This document shows positions 57,155 to 64,000 of a stretch of 64,000 nt of DNA, piece by piece. The notes under the pieces are model-generated. The model was not told the origin of the DNA and did not search any database. It saw only the letters and a list, made by a program, of their open reading frames with translations. The stretch covers positions 175,360 through 239,359 of the forward strand of contig CBDICC010000044.1 of NCBI GenBank assembly GCA_965277185.1. Direction: 5' to 3'. Source of the stretch: Cytophagales bacterium (lineage in GTDB: Bacteria; Bacteroidota; Bacteroidia; Cytophagales; JAHDFW01). The position numbers were made by a program, and so were the translations under genes. Position 1 is the stretch's first letter. Each line of letters opens with the position of its first letter.

Positions 57155-60100
57155 ATGAAGATGATAAGAACCTTTACCGCAATTTTTGTCAGTATCATTT
57201 TGATTGGTACGTTGAGTGCCCAAACGCAAATTTACTATACTGGGTTTGAAGTAGCTGAACCTACTTGGAGCGAAGTTGGTGCAGATAATGGGAGTAGCGT
57301 TGGTTCCGACTTTTGCGTAGGTGGAAATGCCTTCCAAACTCGAAGTACGGACTCAAGAGATATTAATTATCATATCGTTTCAGATGATGCTATTGCCTTT
57401 ACTGCTGGATTAGCTTATAAGGTAACTTTTAAATCACGAGATAATAATTTAGGTAGTAATGGAGGTATTGATAGAGTTGTAATGACTGGAACACCAACAT
57501 CAGCCGCAATGAATGCAGTTGCGGGAGGAGAACTACTTGCGAGCGGAGTACAAGTTACCCCAAGTGCATGTACGGATTACACCTTTATTTATCAGCCGAC
57601 TGTTTCAGCGTCCTATCACTTTGGTCTCTCTTGCTATATTAATTATTCTGGGCCAACAGGGGCTAGCCGTGGTATAATTATTGATGAGGTTGAAATTTTA
57701 GAGTATTCATGTGATTACGGTGGACCATTGGATAATGTGGTATCTTGTGATGCGGCTTTGTTGGATTTAACATCAAGATTTGGTACTCCATTTTATGAGT
57801 ATAACATTTCAACAGCGGTAACTGGTTTAGGAAATAATGTATGTAACGCTACGACGGATCCATATACCAAATTTACGGTGGTACCAACAGGTACAGATCT
57901 GTTTTTAACATTTGCTAATCCTGGTTCTGAACTTACTGGAGATTTGGAAATTCAATTATGGGATTTTGTTTATAGTCCAATGGGTGGAGGAACTTGTGGC
58001 CACGGTTATCCTTTGGGAGGTGGAGTAACACCGGTTATAGGTACAGATGCGTTTTGTGTATCTAATGCCTTGATGTCAGTAGCAGGAGGTACAACTATTC
58101 AGTTTACAGGCCTAACGCCGGGTACTACCAATTATGTAATAACGGTGAGTTCATCGGCAGGGGAGTTATCCGTAAATACTTCATTTGATATGTGTATAGG
58201 AGATGGAGCACCTTGTGCCGTTGGAGTCTGTGCTTCCGCGGTTGGAGATGCTTATGCTGTTTATGCGCCAGATGATGGATCACCTGATGTTTCTTGTAGT
58301 GAGCTTGCCGCAACTGGAGGAGCTTCAAGTGGAGTCGGTATGTTAGTTACGATGGATGCAGGAGCAACAGATGTAGGAGCCTCGGTAGCAATTACAGGAT
58401 ACGATGTAATTACATCAGATAACTTTTCTTGTACCACTACAGATATTGATTTAGTTGATTTTGGAGGAAATACTTGGGTAAATAATGGATTTACAACTGG
58501 AAATGCATTAACTAACAATACTATTACAATAGAATATGCTGCTGGTAATCTTGGCAGAAAGGACATCGTTACTTCAGGTAATGCATTTACGTATTGCGAT
58601 TTCTTGAATATGCAAGTAGATGCGGCTGCGGCAGGTCCGATATTAGGGTCAACGGACATTTGTCCAGATACAGCACAGTTTACAAGTTCGGATAACGGAA
58701 CACCTGGATATCAATTTCAATGGGTGGTAGCGAATCCTGTAGGAGGAACTTCATCTATTATTGATGATACCTTGGGAACTACGGGTATTGTATTTACAAA
58801 CAGTACTGTCAATACACTTCGATTCGTAGTTAAATTAGTAATTACATCTGAATGCTGTGGTCCTCTGGATACGGTATACTATAACACGGATGTGTTCGCA
58901 TTACCACCTGCACCAACAACTATTTCACCAGATACGAATTGTGTTGGTGGAGAAGATACAGTATACGTAAGTCCTTCTACGGCTGGATTTGGATATAATT
59001 GGTATAATGCAGCTTCAGCTGGAACATTGTATGAAGCAGGAGATAGTTCGTACATCGTTGATAGTACCCTTTTTGGTGATACGTGGTATTATGTAGAAGC
59101 AGTAGATGCAAATGGATGTGTAAGTGCAGATAGAGATTCAGTTTTACTTCATGGACTTTATTATACACCTATAATTCCAACTGTGGATACATGTATTACA
59201 GGATATGTGCCGGTTTGTGTAGATCCTGCAGTAGTAGGAGCTACTTACTGTTGGTATAAAAATGGAGCTCCAGATACATTGTTGCAAGCAGGTTTTTCAA
59301 CATGTTATGATGTTTTTGTGGATTCCGTGGGTACAAGTGTGACAGTTTATGCGACTGTAAAAGAAGGTACCTGTGATGAGTCAAATGTGGCAACAGGAAT
59401 TGTGAATGTTACTTCACCTGCTACATCACTGTACTTCAAAGATTTTACAGGAGATCATGATTGGTTTAACGGAGATAACTGGACGGATGCATCTGGAAGT
59501 GTAGTTTCTGTAGGTTGTATCCCAAGTTGCGCAACAAACGCATTTATCTGGGATGGTTCAATGTGTGAAATTCTTTTCTCTGGTAGCAATGTTCCCGCTT
59601 CTTGTAAGAATATTACAATTAGAGCCGGAGCAACCTTAAAATTTATGGAAACCAAATCGGAGTTAAACGTATGTGGAAACTGGGTAAACTTGGGAGCATT
59701 GGAAATGTTTGATGCAGCAGCAAATGATAGAGGGATTGTGAATTTTATTGGTTCGTTGACCGCGCAAAGAGTTCGTTTTAGATCAACAGGTACAGGTTCT
59801 TTCTTTAATATGAGAGTAGCAAATACATCTCCTGATCCACGTGTATATGTGCAAGGGGGAACTACAGATGACAATATTGTGGTTAGAGGTGAACTATGGT
59901 TAGATAATGGGTTATTGGATATGGATAATCAGCAGATCAATACAAAATATTGTGATATTCAAAACTCTGATCCAAATGCAATTCGATCTTACAGTGCTAA
60001 TAGTTATGTAGTAGGTAACTTGAGAAGAGATGTAAGTGATAATGTAACGGAATATGTATTCCCAGTTGGGAACTTCCCAGGAGGAACATATTACAATTCT

Positions 60101-61132
60101 TTCCAATTGCTGCAATTCCAGAACCCTACAGGAATGACAGCTAGTGGCATGACGGATTTGACAGTGAGATTTGACGCTGGTACAGCCGATGACACTCTTG
60201 GTATAACTGCCTTAGGAGTAGGCCTAGAAAATGTGTTAGGTAATGGATCTAATACAGGTACGCCTGGAGTATATAATTCAAGTACAGAAGATGGTATTTG
60301 GACAATGGAGCCAGATGCAGGTACGGCAAGCTATGATTTGGCATTGCAAGGAACTTATTATCAGGAACCTGATACGAACTTTATATCAATAGTGAAAAGA
60401 GATAAGAATCCATATGTAATTGGTACAGCAGTAAGTCCTCTTCCAACGGCTGGGATTCTGTGGGGATTCTTTGGTAGTATTGATGCACCTAGTGGATTAG
60501 GAATTCAAGGATCTTTAGCGGTGGCAGCAAGAACTGGATATAATGGGTTCTCCCAGGTTGCGATTGCTAACGGACCAATTTTACCTTTGGCTGTTGATTT
60601 GTTTGAATTTGATGTAATGGCAAGAAACCACATGGTCTATCTTGATTGGCAGACTAAAAGTGAGGATAATAACGATTACTTTATTGTTCAAAAAAGAAAG
60701 GATAATACAGAATGGGAAGATGTTGCTATTATAGAAGGAAAAGGAACTGTTTCTACGTTAAGCTATTACGACTATGTAGACAGCAAACCTTATAGCGGGG
60801 TGTCTTACTATAGATTGATGGTTGTAAACAAAAAAGGAGAAGGTTATCCTTCAAAAGTGAAAACAGTCATGATTGATAAAGACTTCGATGTGAGCTTGTT
60901 CCCAAATCCTGCAAAAGAGAATATTGCGATAAATATTGAATCTAAAAGTGAAAGTAACATCCGAATTAACGTTTATAACTCTCTTGGAAAAATGGTTTAT
61001 AGTGATTATGTAACTATGAAAGAAGGTGCGAACAAGTATGATATGCAGTTAAATAATTTTGCTACCGGTGTGTATCATTTACAATTGAAGAATGATAACA
61101 TTACACATAACGTGAGCTTCATTAAACAATAA
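57155..61132 (+). CDS. Large secreted multidomain protein with T9SS type A CTD
   Basis: Signal peptide LSA|Q. Jelly-roll-like N-terminus, Ig-like and G8-like (DWFNGDNW) domains, an LPLAVDLFEF...WQTKSE module and FPNPAK...ATGVYHL...FIKQ. Confidence 0.88.
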   Translation: MKMIRTFTAIFVSIILIGTLSAQTQIYYTGFEVAEPTWSEVGADNGSSVGSDFCVGGNAFQTRSTDSRDINYHIVSDDAIAFTAGLAYKVTFKSRDNNLGSNGGIDRVVMTGTPTSAAMNAVAGGELLASGVQVTPSACTDYTFIYQPTVSASYHFGLSCYINYSGPTGASRGIIIDEVEILEYSCDYGGPLDNVVSCDAALLDLTSRFGTPFYEYNISTAVTGLGNNVCNATTDPYTKFTVVPTGTDLFLTFANPGSELTGDLEIQLWDFVYSPMGGGTCGHGYPLGGGVTPVIGTDAFCVSNALMSVAGGTTIQFTGLTPGTTNYVITVSSSAGELSVNTSFDMCIGDGAPCAVGVCASAVGDAYAVYAPDDGSPDVSCSELAATGGASSGVGMLVTMDAGATDVGASVAITGYDVITSDNFSCTTTDIDLVDFGGNTWVNNGFTTGNALTNNTITIEYAAGNLGRKDIVTSGNAFTYCDFLNMQVDAAAAGPILGSTDICPDTAQFTSSDNGTPGYQFQWVVANPVGGTSSIIDDTLGTTGIVFTNSTVNTLRFVVKLVITSECCGPLDTVYYNTDVFALPPAPTTISPDTNCVGGEDTVYVSPSTAGFGYNWYNAASAGTLYEAGDSSYIVDSTLFGDTWYYVEAVDANGCVSADRDSVLLHGLYYTPIIPTVDTCITGYVPVCVDPAVVGATYCWYKNGAPDTLLQAGFSTCYDVFVDSVGTSVTVYATVKEGTCDESNVATGIVNVTSPATSLYFKDFTGDHDWFNGDNWTDASGSVVSVGCIPSCATNAFIWDGSMCEILFSGSNVPASCKNITIRAGATLKFMETKSELNVCGNWVNLGALEMFDAAANDRGIVNFIGSLTAQRVRFRSTGTGSFFNMRVANTSPDPRVYVQGGTTDDNIVVRGELWLDNGLLDMDNQQINTKYCDIQNSDPNAIRSYSANSYVVGNLRRDVSDNVTEYVFPVGNFPGGTYYNSFQLLQFQNPTGMTASGMTDLTVRFDAGTADDTLGITALGVGLENVLGNGSNTGTPGVYNSSTEDGIWTMEPDAGTASYDLALQGTYYQEPDTNFISIVKRDKNPYVIGTAVSPLPTAGILWGFFGSIDAPSGLGIQGSLAVAARTGYNGFSQVAIANGPILPLAVDLFEFDVMARNHMVYLDWQTKSEDNNDYFIVQKRKDNTEWEDVAIIEGKGTVSTLSYYDYVDSKPYSGVSYYRLMVVNKKGEGYPSKVKTVMIDKDFDVSLFPNPAKENIAINIESKSESNIRINVYNSLGKMVYSDYVTMKEGANKYDMQLNNFATGVYHLQLKNDNITHNVSFIKQ

Positions 61133-61198
61133 GTAAGAGACTTGTTAGAGTTGGGTTGATTTCTAAACGTCAATTCAAAAGTATAACGGTATAGATAT

Positions 61199-61236
61199 AA
61201 AAGAGGGTCTGCAATTATTGCAGACCCTCTTTTTTT
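61199..61236 (+). terminator. Intrinsic terminator closing cassette copy 1
   Basis: aaaagagggtctgcaa-tta-ttgcagaccctcttttttt. Confidence 0.9.
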
Positions 61237-61790
61237 GTTTAAGGCACATATCATATTGGATTAATAAGTCTAACATAGGACGTATAGTGTTGATAAAGCG
61301 AACCGGCGTTTTTTATCTAGAAGAAGGCCAGATGAAGTTCGTGAGTTCAATCCAATAGCATTCGTATAGTTGCCTATTTAAGGATTAAATTGTCATTTCT
61401 TAATTCCGTTGTAGATCAATTTTTAAAATAGAATAAAGAAACACTTAGAAATATTGTGAGCTCTATATTAAGGAGGAATACGATGTAATATCGTAATTAG
61501 TTTTTTTTAAAGAAGTTTACATGGTTCTTGAGATTAAGTTATATAAACGATACAAATGTGATGAAGGTTGTACTATGAAATAGGACAAGAGTTTACTTTT
61601 CTATTTAATAAATTAGGTGGGGAACGAGGCTGTCCTTATTAATATCTTATTTATTACGAACATATACTCTTTATCATTTTTTGTGGAAGGTTCATTCATG
61701 TCACGACATTTCATCATGCCAATGACATAGTTGGAATAAAGAATTCGACGAAAGTATAGGGTGTTTTATAAAATTAATGGAAAAATGATT

Positions 61791-61814
61791 CATAACTGTT
61801 ATGGTACTGTTATG
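61791..61814. promoter_or_regulatory. Putative regulator site: 9-bp direct repeat with 11-bp period, overlapping a palindrome
   Basis: actgttatg-gt-actgttatg (61795-61814) and cataac-t-gttatg (61791-61803). Confidence 0.4.
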
Positions 61815-62054
61815 TTTTTTTCGGTTGAATGAAAAAAATACTTAAGGTGCTTGGCACATTAACTGTGGCTATTTTGGGTAATGAGAGGGTGTTTTGGTTA
61901 TTGTATGGCTAAAGTATGGTGTGCTAGATTAGGGGTTTTTATTGTTTTTTGTAACATTGTAAATACGATTGCCGTTTAATCTGATTAGTTTAAATGGTAA
62001 GGGTATGATTTGATTTTGCACAGGTTGTGCATTTCTATAAATGAAAAGGGAAAT

Positions 62055-62438
62055 ATGTTTGGGATTTATAAATACACATTGTTGGCAATTACGCTTGCAA
62101 TTTTCTCCTCAGTGAGCTACGCTCAATCTGATGAAACAACAAATAGTTCGTTACGAACTCAAAAAGTAGAGAGTAATGAAAATGCTTCCTACGCTAATTC
62201 AGAAAATGATAATAAAGAAACAACTGCTCAATCAAAAGAAGTTGTATCGAATACTGTAACTGCAATAGAGATTGGAGATCAAGTGCAGGTTACGGCAAAC
62301 TCTTCTCAAAAAGGAATTCCAGCTCAAAATAATATAGAAGCCCAGAAAGGTAGAAAGGTATTATATGTAGCACCAGTTGGAGAACTCTATAAAGATGAAA
62401 CCAGAAATGGGACGCTGGAAAAATCAACTGGATATTAA
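62055..62438 (+). CDS. Small secreted Ser/Thr-rich hypothetical protein (cassette copy 2)
   Basis: 127 aa from the ATG at 62055. Signal peptide ending SYA|QS. Shares motifs with 51290-51631. Confidence 0.8.
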   Translation: MFGIYKYTLLAITLAIFSSVSYAQSDETTNSSLRTQKVESNENASYANSENDNKETTAQSKEVVSNTVTAIEIGDQVQVTANSSQKGIPAQNNIEAQKGRKVLYVAPVGELYKDETRNGTLEKSTGY

Positions 62439-62501
62439 AACTAAATAGAGCAGGAAAACGACACTCAGTTGTTATTTTAACTTTACTATACTTACGTTAA
62501 G

Positions 62502-64000
62502 ATGAAAAGATATTGTACTTGGGCAATAAGAAGGATGAATATTGCAGTATTAACTATAATACTGTTAAATGGGGTTTTGGTGGAAAGTGTTTCTGCTCAA
62601 AATTGCATGATGGTGCCTCAATCATTAAATAAGAGGGTGACAGAATCGGATTTGGTGGTAGAAGGAAAAATACTTGGCCAAAAAGCATTTTGGAATCATG
62701 ATGAAAGTAAAATTTATACCGTGAACAAGGTAGAGGTTTATAAGGTGTTCAAAGGAACATTGCTTCAAAATGTGATCAGTGTAGTAACCGAAGGTGGTGT
62801 GGTTGGAATGAAGATGATGAAGGTTAGCCCTTCATTGAGTTTAGTTCCAGGAGAAGTGGGAATGTTTTCATTGAATATGAGTGGGGTTTCGTTGAAACAA
62901 TATAATCCGAACTTTTTAAACAATGTTGGAAATTCAAACAACAAAATTCAAGTTGCTTCACCTAATGAAACACTATATACCAGTTATGGGTCTGCTCAAG
63001 GTTATATTAATTATGACAGATATTCGCAAAAAGCAGTTGGTGTATTTGATCAGTATGTAGATGTGGTAAATGATTTGTATATACAAATTAATAATATTAC
63101 CAATCGTGGATATGCTGATATCGTTGCATTTGATGCAACAGGTTTTATTAAACAAACGAATAACGGTTCTAGAGCGGTAGTAACTATTACAAGTATTACA
63201 AATCCAGTAACTGGAAACAATACGGCTTCCGCAGGAACATATACAGAAATTCAAATTGTAGGATCTGGATTTGGAACTGCAGTGGGGCAATTGAGATTTG
63301 CGAACGCTGATGATGGTGGAGCGACTACAATAAACTGTCCAGCAGGATTGATTCTTTCTTGGACGGATACTCAAATTGATGTTTTGGTTCCAAACGGAGC
63401 CACTACAGGAAATGTGGAAGTAAGAAATGCAACTACAGGTTCTAATACAGGAAGTTTAATTGTACCTTATAACGTTACGAATTTAGGTAGTAGTGGTGTT
63501 GAAAATGCTGCAGATATGGTAAATACTAATGCCGTTGGAGGATATACTTGGACATACAGTACTAACTTCTATTCCAATCCTCAAGCAGTTGCACGATTTG
63601 GAGAATCACTTTGTGAATGGACCAATGCAACCGGTATAAATTGGGATACAGCGTCTACGACTTCAACTGTTGCTTGTGAAGGGGGCGGTGATGGAGTAAA
63701 TATTGTAGCTTTCGATAATAGCTGTGGACTTCCAGGTGGAGTATTAGGAACTTGTTATTCATACTACTCAGGATGTTATTCTGGTGGAATTCTATCTTGG
63801 TATGTAAGCGATTTAGATATTAAATTTGATGCAGGGCAGAATTGGAATTTTTTGGCTGGTCCTCCTGCTTTTTCCGAATACGATTTCAAAAGTGTTGCAA
63901 TGCATGAGGTTGGACACGGACATCAATTAGGACATTTTGCTTTAAGCTCTGATATTATGTATTGGTCCCTTACAAATGGATTTCAAAATGTAACGATTGA
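62502..64000 (+). CDS. Paralogous metzincin protease, 3'-partial (not in the ORF track)
   Basis: Hand translation from the ATG at 62502 gives MKRYCTWAIRR...VSA|QNCMMVPQSLNKRVTESDLVVEGKILGQKAFWNHD. The motif AMHEVGHGHQLGHFALSSDIMYW (His codon 63903) is in the same frame. Colinear with 51744. Confidence 0.92.
   Translation, partial: MKRYCTWAIRRMNIAVLTIILLNGVLVESVSAQNCMMVPQSLNKRVTESDLVVEGKILGQKAFWNHDESKIYTVNKVEVYKVFKGTLLQNVISVVTEGGVVGMKMMKVSPSLSLVPGEVGMFSLNMSGVSLKQYNPNFLNNVGNSNNKIQVASPNETLYTSYGSAQGYINYDRYSQKAVGVFDQYVDVVNDLYIQINNITNRGYADIVAFDATGFIKQTNNGSRAVVTITSITNPVTGNNTASAGTYTEIQIVGSGFGTAVGQLRFANADDGGATTINCPAGLILSWTDTQIDVLVPNGATTGNVEVRNATTGSNTGSLIVPYNVTNLGSSGVENAADMVNTNAVGGYTWTYSTNFYSNPQAVARFGESLCEWTNATGINWDTASTTSTVACEGGGDGVNIVAFDNSCGLPGGVLGTCYSYYSGCYSGGILSWYVSDLDIKFDAGQNWNFLAGPPAFSEYDFKSVAMHEVGHGHQLGHFALSSDIMYWSLTNGFQNVTI

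Noticed and set aside
57084-57155. Stop-codon read-through or frameshift fusing the protease with the CTD protein
   Set aside because: A second in-frame stop follows within six codons, the downstream gene is in another frame with its own signal peptide, and the 68-bp spacer looks like a normal A-rich initiation region.
61341-61357. gtgagttcaatcc resembling a tRNA T-loop
   Set aside because: The flanks do not pair into a T-stem and no cloverleaf or acceptor stem can be built.
9732-62054. Upstream extensions of ORF-track starts (9803, 13955, 34386, 39328, 51236, 62010)
   Set aside because: They run through promoter-like AT-rich sequence and displace signal peptides or family N-termini, so downstream ATGs were preferred.
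421-63374. Many short ORFs in the track that are antisense to or nested within long genes (e.g. 6316-6621, 12871-13302, 17491-18066, 41713-42135, 58261-58659, 62973-63374)
   Set aside because: They are shadow frames of well-supported genes and show no recognisable motifs. 62973-63374 is antisense to the partial protease gene.
1-64000. CRISPR arrays, IS elements, integrases, prophage, defence systems, rRNA and tRNA
   Set aside because: I saw no regularly spaced repeats, no transposase, recombinase or phage motifs, and no structural RNA gene signatures by eye.

Overview
AT-rich chromosomal window from a free-living Bacteroidota bacterium. The assignment rests on TAnnTTTG -7 promoters, T9SS C-terminal sorting domains (CTDs), Gln at +1 after signal peptides and Bacteroidota-type gene clusters. 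Most of the first 50 kb is housekeeping or envelope biology: typA, lspA, an ABC exporter, alpha-2-macroglobulin, an NTP-transferase/TPR/DUF4292/EnvC operon, Trp/Tyr catabolism (hmgA-hppD-kmo-kynA plus a detached aminomuconate-semialdehyde dehydrogenase), trhO, fbaA, lpdA, sanA and an antiporter. Several large T9SS cargo genes are interspersed. I saw no rRNA, tRNA, CRISPR array or mobile element. The best candidate for an undescribed system is 51.3-64 kb, a tandemly repeated cassette. Copy 1 has a long AT-rich leader, a small secreted protein of no recognised family, a 1780-aa metzincin protease/adhesin that lacks a T9SS CTD, a 1325-aa partner that has one, and a terminator. Copy 2 has a homologous small protein and a highly similar protease whose ORF (62502->64000) is missing from the ORF track because it runs off the window. 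Other candidates are a membrane domain fused through an internal lipobox to a T9SS CTD (2987-4252) and an uncharacterised TIM-barrel-like lipoprotein/TPR pair (34538-37906). All family assignments come from motif recognition by eye, not database searches.
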